Assembly (NCBI GenBank): GCA_035477635.1 | Contig: DATIKK010000031.1 | Coordinates: 1 to 45,975, forward strand | Length of the DNA stretch: 45,975 bases | From: Bacteroidales bacterium | GTDB taxonomy: Bacteria; Bacteroidota; Bacteroidia; Bacteroidales; UBA7960 | Direction of reading: 5' to 3' | Part shown: positions 1 through 8,915 of the stretch, piece after piece | How the letters are laid out: each line of letters opens with the position of its first letter | How positions within the stretch are numbered: position 1 is the first letter of the stretch | Notes under the pieces: model-generated | Databases searched by the model: none | Seen by the model: the letters and a program-made list of their open reading frames with translations, nothing else | Told to the model about the DNA's origin: nothing | Program-made: the position numbers and the translations under genes

Positions 1-1074
1 GCCGCAACAGGCCAGCCTGTTGAATTGGAAGGCGGTTATGGCGCATTTCATGGTGGCAACCTGCCCAACGACAACTCCGGAGTGCTCAGGTTTGTAAGAA
101 TTGAGTATGCAGGCATTCCCATTAACCCCAATGAAGAAATCAATAGCCTCACTCTGGGTAGTGTAGGTTCGGGCACAGTGATCGAAAATATCATGGTTTC
201 ATTTGGTCTTGACGACGCATACGAGTGGTTTGGAGGAACGGTGAACGCCCGTTGGCTGATAGCATACCGCAATGTGGACGACGACTTTGATGTGGATATG
301 GGATGGACAGGTAATGTGCAATATGCAATATCCATTAGGGGTGCAACGCTTGCCGACCAGTCCGGTGCCAACACTTTCGAGATTGACAACAACGGAACCG
401 GAAGTGCAGCAGAGCCATTTACCTCAGGGGTATTCTCCAATGTTACGGTTATTGGTCCGAAGAAAAACCGTGACCTTCCTATAAGCCTTCAATATTCGAA
501 TGCAGCCCATCTGCGGCGCAACTCGCGCACAAGTATCTACAACTCGGTATTCACGGCGTTTCCCAACGGTCTGTTTATTGACGATGACAGGCCCGGTTCT
601 GGCCAGGCAGCATTAGATGGACATTTGCAAATCAGAAACTTGTTTCTTGCAGGTGTATCCCATTGGGGTGGAAACGGGTATGGCTCAGCCGGCACTATCT
701 TTAGCGGTGCTCCTGCCAACGGGTTGCAGCACCCCACACTGCCACGCGGCACAGCGATACGGCACCATGCAAATTTTCCCCCCGGCGGTGCAGAAGGTGC
801 AGCAGCATTCAACACCTGGTTTAACACAGCGGCTTTCAACAACCGATTGTTTGATAACTGGGAACTGCTCGGCCTGAATCAAAATATATTCGACCTGGGA
901 GTACCCACCCTGCTGCCCACCGCACAAAGTCCGCTACTCAATGCCGCTCGCTGGGACAACACCCCAAAAGCCACCACTTTCTTCGAAAGGGCTACTTTTG
1001 TTGGCGCTTTCGGAACCACCGACTGGACAAGTGGTTGGGCAGAATGGAATCCGCATTTGGTTACCTATTTTTAA
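1..1074 (+). CDS. conserved hypothetical exported protein, 5'-truncated by the window edge
   Basis: Frame 1 is open from nt 1 (AATGQPVELEGGYG...), so the TTG at 25 in the ORF track is internal. The frame runs to TAA at 1072-1074. Composition is G/N/D/T-rich and strand-like (LRFVRIEYAG, DDDFDVDMGW). A hairpin terminator follows. Family not recognised. Confidence 0.6.
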   Translation, partial: AATGQPVELEGGYGAFHGGNLPNDNSGVLRFVRIEYAGIPINPNEEINSLTLGSVGSGTVIENIMVSFGLDDAYEWFGGTVNARWLIAYRNVDDDFDVDMGWTGNVQYAISIRGATLADQSGANTFEIDNNGTGSAAEPFTSGVFSNVTVIGPKKNRDLPISLQYSNAAHLRRNSRTSIYNSVFTAFPNGLFIDDDRPGSGQAALDGHLQIRNLFLAGVSHWGGNGYGSAGTIFSGAPANGLQHPTLPRGTAIRHHANFPPGGAEGAAAFNTWFNTAAFNNRLFDNWELLGLNQNIFDLGVPTLLPTAQSPLLNAARWDNTPKATTFFERATFVGAFGTTDWTSGWAEWNPHLVTYF

Positions 1075-1103
1075 TATCTCAGCCCTCATCTGATGAATTT
1101 ACA

Positions 1104-1135
1104 AGCCGGAGAAACTCCTCCGGCTTTTTCTTTTT
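1104..1135 (+). terminator. rho-independent terminator
   Basis: AGCCGGAG (1104-1111) pairs with CTCCGGCT (1118-1125) around a 6-nt loop, followed by TTTTTCTTTTT. Confidence 0.65.
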
Positions 1136-1365
1136 GCCGTTTCGGATTTTGCCCGAAATGGAATTTTTTACCCATTCTTGCAAAAAACCTCACCTGTTTT
1201 CCTGTTTTGTGCACTACATGATTGCCCGTGAAATGCACTATTGAATATCAATTAATTACGAAAAAAATTAAAATTCAGTTGACCCGGCAAATATTTGGGG
1301 AATGTTAATACGTAAAAAGAAGAAAAATAGTGGGAGCAAAAGTATCCAAATCCTCGTCAAAACGA

Positions 1366-1396
1366 GTTTGTGTTTTGCGAATCATACCCGTTTCAT
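1366..1396 (-). repeat. orphan copy of the 31-nt core of the recurrent envelope-gene leader element
   Basis: The minus strand reads ATGAAACGGGTATGATTCGCAAAACACAAAC, 30/31 identical to 25682-25712. It starts 14 nt after the PorP/SprF stop codon. No gene follows it on the minus strand. Confidence 0.6.
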
Positions 1397-1410
1397 TTTT
1401 TCTGAAATGG

Positions 1411-2457
1411 TTAATCCGGACAGGGTAACATACGGGGCGTCCTGTTTGGCGGACCTTGATTAAAATGGTAAATCAGCGAAATTTCGTGCGACCCGCCCGT
1501 AGTATTTATAAGTCGGGAGATAGTCATATCGTAGCTATAGCCCAGTCGCAGAAACCTGGTGCGAATTCCAGCAATGGCAACAATGGCATCGTTGTTGAAT
1601 AAACCGTGCTCATAATTGTTAAATATAGGTATTCCCCGATAGAGGAGTCCAAGCGAAATGGGGTGTTTGCTCCAATATAATCCTACATCAAGTTGATTGA
1701 ACTTCCCCTGATTTCGGTATAATAATGCAAGTGAAATACTCTCATCAGCATCGCCTCTTAGAAACCCTCCATATTCGTAGCGATATCCGGCAAAAACCGA
1801 AAACTTCATGGGTATCCGGTTTACCTGTCCATCGAGCATTGAGCGGTTGGGACGCATAAGGTTATCAACAGTGAGTCCGGCCCAGATAGTATTTGAGTGA
1901 GCCACAACCGATGCTGCTGCATCAAAGTACCTAACGCGTTCGATAGGTACTACAGGGTTTACCGTTGTTGGCCTGTGCTGGCCACCCAGGTCAAGTTGAT
2001 CGCCAAACGTAAGCCGGAAAAAATCCAAAGTTCTTTCTGCAACACTGAAAGCCACTCCGGGACGAAGTGTCAGGTTATGGTTAACCTGGAAATTGTACGA
2101 GTACATAAGATTCATCGAGGTGTTGGCAAGACGTCCTGTTCCGGCCTGGTCGCGCAGTACCAGCAATCCAACACCACTGTTAAAATTGTGAAAATAGTGA
2201 TCGAGCGAAAAGGCGTAAGTTACGAAGGCGCCGGGGATTGATGGCCACTGATTTCGGTAGTTAAGGCCTAACCTGCTGCCGTCGGTGGCCCCGGCAAAGG
2301 AAGGAGCAAGATAAAGAGGGGCAGCATAAAACTGCGAAAATTGTGGTTCCTGAGCAATTAACCTGAAATTGGCCTGAATAATACCAATCATCAGGACAAT
2401 ACAGACTACCCCTTTATACGCTGTTGAAAGCCCAGGCCGACTTAGTATTTTTTTCAT
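1411..2457 (-). CDS. PorP/SprF-family type IX secretion system membrane protein
   Basis: 348 aa with a signal/TM N-terminus, then the family-typical QEPQFSQFYAAPLYLAPSFAG motif and Y/G/N-rich beta-barrel-like composition. It lies immediately downstream of a type-B CTD cargo gene, the classic SprB/SprF-like arrangement. Confidence 0.9.
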   Translation of the reverse strand: MKKILSRPGLSTAYKGVVCIVLMIGIIQANFRLIAQEPQFSQFYAAPLYLAPSFAGATDGSRLGLNYRNQWPSIPGAFVTYAFSLDHYFHNFNSGVGLLVLRDQAGTGRLANTSMNLMYSYNFQVNHNLTLRPGVAFSVAERTLDFFRLTFGDQLDLGGQHRPTTVNPVVPIERVRYFDAAASVVAHSNTIWAGLTVDNLMRPNRSMLDGQVNRIPMKFSVFAGYRYEYGGFLRGDADESISLALLYRNQGKFNQLDVGLYWSKHPISLGLLYRGIPIFNNYEHGLFNNDAIVAIAGIRTRFLRLGYSYDMTISRLINTTGGSHEISLIYHFNQGPPNRTPRMLPCPD

Positions 2458-2590
2458 CCGTAAATAATTTTTAAATTAAGGTCGGATGAACCCCGAAGGG
2501 TTCGCTGAAAGCAAACTCGCATAATGAATTTTAGCTTCGCTGAACTTCGTTTCATCCGTGTTTGTGTTTTTTGAATCATGCTCGTTTCAT
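2458..2590 (-). promoter_or_regulatory. expanded copy of the recurrent envelope-gene leader element (adhesin-porP intercistronic)
   Basis: The core at 2590-2560 (minus) matches 25682-25712 at 28/31 positions. Downstream blocks GGATGAA, ATTCATTATGCGAGTT, TTCATCC and CCTTAATTTAAAAATTATTTACGG-ATG are collinear with the copy at 25682-25771. Two insertions fall between the conserved blocks. Confidence 0.55.
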
Positions 2591-2628
2591 AAATCAAATT
2601 TTTAATCATTTCAGTATTCCTGATTTTT

Positions 2629-5600
2629 TTAACGAATCAGGGTAACATCACCCGACTTTGTTTCCCTGCGGTCGGTACCAAAGCAAGTGTACCTTACCTT
2701 CCACACATAAACGCCCATTGGCGCAGGCTTATCCCTATAAAATCCATTCCACCCTACATCCGGATCTTCAGATCGGAATATCAACTCTCCCCATCTGTTG
2801 TAAATCTCCAGTACATACTGGTCGATACCGAAATGCACCGGATGAAACACCTGATTAAGCGGATCGCCTGGTATAAACCGTCCATCGCCGGGACCTTCAT
2901 TAACCGGGGTAAAGGCATTGGGAAAATACATTTTGCAATTTTCTCCGGCTCCAACAGCGCCAACCAAAATTTTTGTATCATAACATACCGGGTAGGTATT
3001 GTTGGTAACGGTAAGTTTAATATCATAAACTCCCACACGTTTATAGTAGTGCACCGGTTCAAATTCGGTTGTGATGGTACCATCTCCAAGATCCCATTCC
3101 CAACTGTAAGCATTGCTCGAAAGGTTCACAAGCCTCACCGATTCGTTGGGTAATGTTACTTCAGGAGGCATTACCTTGAAATCGGCAATAGGTGGTTGAT
3201 GTACCGTTATGGTATGGATGACAGTATCGGAACCTCCAGGGCCTAAGGTAATTAAACTCACATCATAAATGCCGGGGTGTTGAAAAACATGACTGGGGTT
3301 TCTCTGATTTGAGGTATTACCATCTCCAAAATCCCACCAGAATGCCTGACTGTACAAACTCTGGTTTGCAAAGTTTACTGCAAAAGGCGGACACCCGGTT
3401 AAAGGAGCCTGAAATTGAGCAACGGGATAAGGGGCACGGATTACAATCTGTCTGGTAAGGTTATCAAAGCACCATCCGTTCGACAAATGCAGATTGACAT
3501 TGTAAATGCGGGTGTTGAGATCGCCTTCAGGGCGTCTAAAATCGTGGGTGAAACTACCAGGGTCGTTTTCAAATATCCGAACCGTACCATCGTCAAGATT
3601 CCAGGTGTAGCGCCAACTGCCCGGCAATGACTGATTGGTAAACAAAACCCTCGAATCAGGGTATATCTGGATAGCGGGTGTAGCCATAAAATCTGCAACA
3701 GGTTTCGGGTAAACGGTTACTCGCCTGGTAATTGTGTCGATACAGCCAAAAACTGAAGTTGCTGTTAGTTCAACATCATAATGGTTGGTAGTTTGGTTAA
3801 AAGCATGGAAAGTCTGACGTGGATTTGCAGCAATTGAAGTGGTATTATCATTAAAATTCCATACAAACCTGTCGGAATTTATGGATTGGTTAACAAACTG
3901 AAGATTCAGAGGCGAACATCCGGTTAAACCACCGTCGGCAACCGTAAAATCAGCTTTTACTTCAGGAAACACCCTAACCTGCTGCTCAAATGAGTTGGAG
4001 CATCCCCACTGGTTCGATGCTACAAGTGTTATCTGAACGTTGGTTGGCGTAGAGGTAGTATTCCTGAATTCCCATGAAAGGTCGCGACTCAGAGGAGTTG
4101 CCTTGGTTTCATTAAATACCCAGTTAAAACTTGTAGCTCCTACCGATTCATTGTCAAGGTTTACCATAAGCGGAGAGCACCCCTGAAGCACATCGGGCAC
4201 AAAATATGACAGCGGGCGTGGAAAAACAGTTACAGTATCGGTTGTTTCGGAGCGGCATCCAAATCTGTTGTGGGCAACCAGCCTGACTTGTTGTTCTCTG
4301 ATAAGAGTATTACTGGTGTTTTGAAAAACATGACTTGGTGCGGTTGAGTTGGTTGTAATACCGCTTTCCAGTTCCCAACTGTAGGTGTAACCCCCACTTG
4401 TATAATTTCTGAAATCAACCCTGTGTGGATGGCAGCCACTCAGGTTTCCGCCAAATTGAGCTGCAACTAATGGATATGCTTTAACATTAAGGCTGAAAGT
4501 ATCCTGACATCCAAATGCATTTTGCACCTGGAGGCTAACATTAAATATGCCAATTTCATCAACAGGGGGCTGGATAAAAACGCTACTTTGATTTCCCGGG
4601 GAAGTTGAGGTTAATCCATTTCCAAAATTCCAGAGGTAGGTAGTGGCACCAAGGGAACGGTCGGTAAAAAAGGCCTGGTGCGGGCTACAGGCAGGATCGA
4701 GAGGCGCGTCGAAAAGAGCTTTCGGAACAGGGAAAACCTGAATGGAAGTCATAAGAGAATCGCGGCAACCATATATGTTCTCTGCCCATAGCCAAATATT
4801 ATAGGATGTCGGGGCGATGTGGCTATAATTCGTAAAAGTATGCTGGTGTGTAGTATCTGTAACCAGAGAGCTTCTGCCGTCGCCGTATTCCCACCTGAAA
4901 GGATTTGTGGCAGTGGCGCCGGTAGAAAGGTTGGTTAATTGTACCTCAAGGGGGTGACAACCATTTAATTCGGAGACATTGAAATGGGCATCAACCATTG
5001 GAAAAACATCAAGAGGCAATGTAGTAGTATCAGAACAACCAAACTGATTGGTAACGAGCAATTCCGGATGAATGGTTATCAGGTTGGGAGTATTGTTTGC
5101 AAAATTGTGAACAACATTGCCCGGAACCACCTGGTAAACAGCTCCATCGCCCATAGTCCAACGGTTTGAACCTGAGCCAAGAGATCGGTCTATGAAGGTT
5201 ACCTCAAATGGAGCACATCCCTGATCCAATGGAAGCTCAAATTGAGCCACAGGTTTGGGCAATACTGTTACTGGCTTTATTATGGTATCATGACAATTGT
5301 ATTGAGAAGTGGCTATCAATTGCACCTGATAAGTAACAGGAATCAACGGGCTCTCATTAACAAAGGTTTGCACGGGTGATATTCTTGATGAGGTGCCGCC
5401 ATTTCCGAAATTCCAATTATATATAGAAGCGTTATTTGAGAGGTTTTCAAAATTCACGTATAGAGGGTGACATCCTGCTGCCGGCATTTCGAAATTAGCC
5501 GTGACCTCAGGGAAAATTGTAACATCGTGCGAAAATTCTTTTATGCAACCAAAATTGTTTTCAACAATTTGCCTAATCCTGAATACGCTTGGATTAGGGC

Positions 5601-8442
5601 TGTTATTTGAGTATAAATGTCTTATCTCGGCTGCTCCTGAAAGCGATTGGGCTCCATCGCCAAAATGCCATACATGGTTTGTAGCTCCAACCGACAAGTT
5701 GGAAATTACAATTTCATGGGGTGCGCAGAATGAATTGCCTGCAGTTGTAAAACCTGCTTCCAGGCGCGGGAAAACCGTAATGGTTGAATGGGCAGTATCT
5801 CTGCAGCCATATATTGAGGTGGTAATCAAAGAAACATCAAAAACAGAAGGTTGTGCAGGATCACTGTTTGTAAACGTTACAACCGGCGACCTAACCGATG
5901 ATGTACCCGAATTATTTCCAAAATCCCAATGATAAAAATCAGCTCCAACCGATTGATTATCGAAACTTACCTGCAGAGGACCACATCCCTCCACCAAACT
6001 TGGCACAAAGCGCGCTTCCAACGTAGGATAAACAATTACTGACCTTATTAGGGTATCGGAGCACCCATAAGCATTTGATGCTATAAGCCTGATGTTAAAC
6101 ACCCTTGGAATCGGAGAATTATTTACAAGAGGGTAAACAAAAGTTGGCTCTGAAAATGTTTGTTCCGGAGCTCCATCACCAAAATCCCACCTGAATTGGG
6201 TTGCTCCGAACGATAGGTTGGTAATATTTATAAGGTACGGGCTGCAATGTTGGGGATAATCAAATGCGAATTCAGCTGTTATAGCGGGTCTGACCATTAC
6301 ACGGATTGTATCAACATCAACGCATCCAAATCTGGAACGTACCCTTAATATAACAGTGTGGGTTGTATCGCTTGACGAAAAGTTGTTAAAGGTATATGTT
6401 GGGTTCCTTTCATTTGAGGTAGAGCCATCGCCGAATTGCCACGAAAAAAAATCAGCTCCGCTGCTCAGGTTTTGAAATGTTACCTGAAAAGGAGCACAAC
6501 CGCTCAAATCGGGTCCGGCCGATGCCACAATATTTGGATAAACCGTGATACGCGCCGACATTGTATCTATGCAGAACAAATTGTTCCGGATTGTAAGGAG
6601 CATATTATAGGTTACCGGATTGCTGGTGTTGTTAACGAAGGTATGTTGACGCGTGGCAAAGCCAGAATTAATCAAAGTTCCATCGCCAAGATTCCAGTTG
6701 TAGTAATCTGCGCCCAACGACTCGTTGGTAATATTTACCGTAAGCGGAGAACATCCGGATGTTTCGCTCAGGCTGAAGCGAGCATTCATAGGCTCGGTAA
6801 CACGAATGGTAACACTTGCTGAGTCAACCATACCGCACGCTCCTCTTACGGTAACGGTGTACATCATTGTGGTGTCGGGAAATGCTATTGGTGTCCTGCT
6901 AAACGGATCGCTTAAAAAATGAGGAGGATTCCATTCGTAGGTTATACCCCCTGAAGCAAAAAGTTGAACGCTCTGCCCATAGCAAATTGCTTCAAAATCA
7001 GTACCTGATTCTACAATGAAGGTCGAGGCCTCAACCACGTTAAAATCGGAAAAGTACCCATACATGGTACCCGATCCAGCGCCCCCGTTAATCAGACCCA
7101 GGTGAAAAAGGTCCCTGGTGTTTTGAATGAGACTTGGTTGCCCCACGAGTATAGCAGCGGTAAAATCGAATCTGGCGGCCAACCAGTCGGCATTGCCAAC
7201 AACCGGCAGAAAAGCCGAAGCCGGTATCAGGGTTGTACTTCCGTTAAGTATAAAACTCCCCTCGGCGCCTCTACGCACCATGATGTTTAAAAAAAATCTC
7301 TCACCGGTACCAGCTTTCGAACGTGTAAAAGCAACCTGACTTGAACCGGTGCATGCATCAACCGGAGGCAGAACAGCTCCACCCATTTCGCATCCAAATC
7401 CTGACACGTGAAAAGCATATGCCGGGTGAGTTGTGCGGATATGCCGTATAATAGGCAACCCCAAAATAACGCGATGCTGCTGGCCTTCTTGTATTGTTGT
7501 TACATAAACCCCATCAACCAGAATATCGGTATTGTTCTCTGTGGCAAGTATATAAACAGACTCGTTCATATTTGCGTTCAACTGTCCCCGCATAACTATG
7601 TATTCGGTTCCGATAATATTAACCGGTATCAACTGATCGCCAATAAGGTCGCGGCAACCGGCCACAGGGTTAGCATCTACTGAATCATCGCTTATGGTGA
7701 TAGCTATGGGCTTATCAGAGGTAACCTTGGTACCAACCAACCTGTTGGCGGGTAATTGCCCCGGACGAGGAAAGGCTCCGGTAAAAATCCGGTTCGGCGC
7801 TACTGCATACGTTTGCCCCCTGTTTAATATAATTTCGATAATGCTTCCTGGTGGGAAGGGAGTGGCCTCGTTGCCGCTAAATGCAGGCCGCGTAGGCATA
7901 ATCCGGACTACAGTATTATCTTCTTTGGCAACAATGTTTATGGTAGAAAAGGGTTGGGGATTATAACTCCCATTACGCCAGTTGTTTTGAAATGGAATAT
8001 AAAATTCAGTACCAAGGGCATTTCGCCCTTTAAGTGAAAAGATGTCGGTGTTAAAGTGAGTGCCTATTTCAAAGTAGGCAGTGATGGGAGTTGTGGATGT
8101 GATTTGAAACCCCCGGTTATGAATCTGACTTGGCATAGGATGCCAGAAGATGTTGTGAAGGGGTGAAATATCAAGTGTGTGGGCAGCGTTAGCAGCCATA
8201 TTAATAACCACAGGAGTAAAAAGCGGATTGGCCGGCATCGAAACGGTAACCGTGGCAGGCAGTTCCATCGAGGCAAAGCGAAAGAAAAACCTCCTGCCCC
8301 CCAAATTAGAGGGGATATTGGGATCGAAGCCATGACCTTCAGTAACCCGGGGAGCAACAAACCAAAACTCCGTATCAGTTTGCCCCCAAGCAAAGTCAGA
8401 TAACAAGACAAGAAAAACCAGTAAAAAAAAAGGTTTTTTCAT
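2629..8442 (-). CDS. giant T9SS type-B cargo surface protein / adhesin (N-terminal beta-helix-like domain, ~15 PKD repeats, gliding-motility-associated C-terminal domain)
   Basis: ATG at 8442 gives MKKPFFLLVFLVLLSDFAWGQ, a signal peptide; the ORF-track start at 8463 is TTG. There are 15 W-x-[FL]-G-D-G-like PKD signatures. The C-terminus YFPNAFTP...LEIYNRWGELIF...GWNG...GVYVWKV...GDVTLIR matches the type-B T9SS sorting domain. Confidence 0.9.
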   Translation of the reverse strand: MKKPFFLLVFLVLLSDFAWGQTDTEFWFVAPRVTEGHGFDPNIPSNLGGRRFFFRFASMELPATVTVSMPANPLFTPVVINMAANAAHTLDISPLHNIFWHPMPSQIHNRGFQITSTTPITAYFEIGTHFNTDIFSLKGRNALGTEFYIPFQNNWRNGSYNPQPFSTINIVAKEDNTVVRIMPTRPAFSGNEATPFPPGSIIEIILNRGQTYAVAPNRIFTGAFPRPGQLPANRLVGTKVTSDKPIAITISDDSVDANPVAGCRDLIGDQLIPVNIIGTEYIVMRGQLNANMNESVYILATENNTDILVDGVYVTTIQEGQQHRVILGLPIIRHIRTTHPAYAFHVSGFGCEMGGAVLPPVDACTGSSQVAFTRSKAGTGERFFLNIMVRRGAEGSFILNGSTTLIPASAFLPVVGNADWLAARFDFTAAILVGQPSLIQNTRDLFHLGLINGGAGSGTMYGYFSDFNVVEASTFIVESGTDFEAICYGQSVQLFASGGITYEWNPPHFLSDPFSRTPIAFPDTTMMYTVTVRGACGMVDSASVTIRVTEPMNARFSLSETSGCSPLTVNITNESLGADYYNWNLGDGTLINSGFATRQHTFVNNTSNPVTYNMLLTIRNNLFCIDTMSARITVYPNIVASAGPDLSGCAPFQVTFQNLSSGADFFSWQFGDGSTSNERNPTYTFNNFSSSDTTHTVILRVRSRFGCVDVDTIRVMVRPAITAEFAFDYPQHCSPYLINITNLSFGATQFRWDFGDGAPEQTFSEPTFVYPLVNNSPIPRVFNIRLIASNAYGCSDTLIRSVIVYPTLEARFVPSLVEGCGPLQVSFDNQSVGADFYHWDFGNNSGTSSVRSPVVTFTNSDPAQPSVFDVSLITTSIYGCRDTAHSTITVFPRLEAGFTTAGNSFCAPHEIVISNLSVGATNHVWHFGDGAQSLSGAAEIRHLYSNNSPNPSVFRIRQIVENNFGCIKEFSHDVTIFPEVTANFEMPAAGCHPLYVNFENLSNNASIYNWNFGNGGTSSRISPVQTFVNESPLIPVTYQVQLIATSQYNCHDTIIKPVTVLPKPVAQFELPLDQGCAPFEVTFIDRSLGSGSNRWTMGDGAVYQVVPGNVVHNFANNTPNLITIHPELLVTNQFGCSDTTTLPLDVFPMVDAHFNVSELNGCHPLEVQLTNLSTGATATNPFRWEYGDGRSSLVTDTTHQHTFTNYSHIAPTSYNIWLWAENIYGCRDSLMTSIQVFPVPKALFDAPLDPACSPHQAFFTDRSLGATTYLWNFGNGLTSTSPGNQSSVFIQPPVDEIGIFNVSLQVQNAFGCQDTFSLNVKAYPLVAAQFGGNLSGCHPHRVDFRNYTSGGYTYSWELESGITTNSTAPSHVFQNTSNTLIREQQVRLVAHNRFGCRSETTDTVTVFPRPLSYFVPDVLQGCSPLMVNLDNESVGATSFNWVFNETKATPLSRDLSWEFRNTTSTPTNVQITLVASNQWGCSNSFEQQVRVFPEVKADFTVADGGLTGCSPLNLQFVNQSINSDRFVWNFNDNTTSIAANPRQTFHAFNQTTNHYDVELTATSVFGCIDTITRRVTVYPKPVADFMATPAIQIYPDSRVLFTNQSLPGSWRYTWNLDDGTVRIFENDPGSFTHDFRRPEGDLNTRIYNVNLHLSNGWCFDNLTRQIVIRAPYPVAQFQAPLTGCPPFAVNFANQSLYSQAFWWDFGDGNTSNQRNPSHVFQHPGIYDVSLITLGPGGSDTVIHTITVHQPPIADFKVMPPEVTLPNESVRLVNLSSNAYSWEWDLGDGTITTEFEPVHYYKRVGVYDIKLTVTNNTYPVCYDTKILVGAVGAGENCKMYFPNAFTPVNEGPGDGRFIPGDPLNQVFHPVHFGIDQYVLEIYNRWGELIFRSEDPDVGWNGFYRDKPAPMGVYVWKVRYTCFGTDRRETKSGDVTLIR
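2944..6795 (-). repeat. tandem array of ~15 diverged PKD-domain coding repeats (~85 aa each) inside the adhesin gene
   Basis: A recurrent pattern C-x-P-x-x-V-x-F-x-N-x-S ... [YF]-x-W-x-[FL]-G-[DN]-G ... repeats about every 85 residues from roughly aa 557 to 1840. The repeats are diverged at the DNA level. Boundaries are approximate. Confidence 0.75.
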
Positions 8443-8915
8443 TGTAATGACAGCGTTCGTCAAATATTTCCAAAATTTACTCCCTGTAAGTATATTTGGA
8501 TTGTAGTTGCCGGTACTCTTTCAAATTCGTTAATCAAAAATATTCTCATACCCCTTCGCAAAAAAGAGTATTAACACTGCATTTGATGAGGCGTGACTGA
8601 ATAAAACCACCAATAGTTTTACACGGTATGAAACAGGTGTTTTTTATCCGGTAATTTTCGGTTTTTTTCGTAGTTTTTTATCAATTTGTCTGAACAATTA
8701 AATTTTAATTTTAGCAAAGAAAAAATCAGCTTTTTTTGAAAAATTCTTTTTCAAAAATCTGTTTGCTTTTCCGTGGCTAGCTCAAACAAATCAGATTGGT
8801 AATTTTTATAATTTGTAAATCCAACAAATCGGCTTCCAGGCTGTTAATTCACATAAATACCCAATCGGTTTTATTTTTAACTTTAAAAATTTCTTCTGCC
8901 ATTGAAAATATTGTT

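Noticed and set aside
1035-1244. 69-aa ORF in the spacer after the first CDS
   Set aside because: It overlaps the end of the first CDS and runs through its terminator hairpin. It is F/S-rich nonsense sequence.
5501-5932. Antisense ORFs inside the adhesin gene (for example 5501-5932 at 143 aa, 6436-6822, 8064-8411, 2781-3113)
   Set aside because: These are shadow ORFs opposite a 5.8-kb gene with strong domain signatures. Their composition is low-complexity or odd and they have no start context.
8733-8757. Perfect 11-bp inverted repeat TTTTTGAAAAA-ttc-TTTTTCAAAAA between the divergent adhesin and sucA genes
   Set aside because: It consists of A/T homopolymer runs in a very A/T-rich spacer. 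Chance low-complexity symmetry is the simplest explanation, and no second copy was seen.
8796-8915. Upstream extensions created by non-ATG starts in the ORF track (8796 sucA, 8463 adhesin, 29358 era, 23083 bamA, 34259 kinase, 45214 purD, 11712 sucB, 31696 S4 protein)
   Set aside because: The extensions are not conserved-looking. Several overlap predicted promoter boxes. Canonical N-termini or signal peptides begin at the downstream ATGs.
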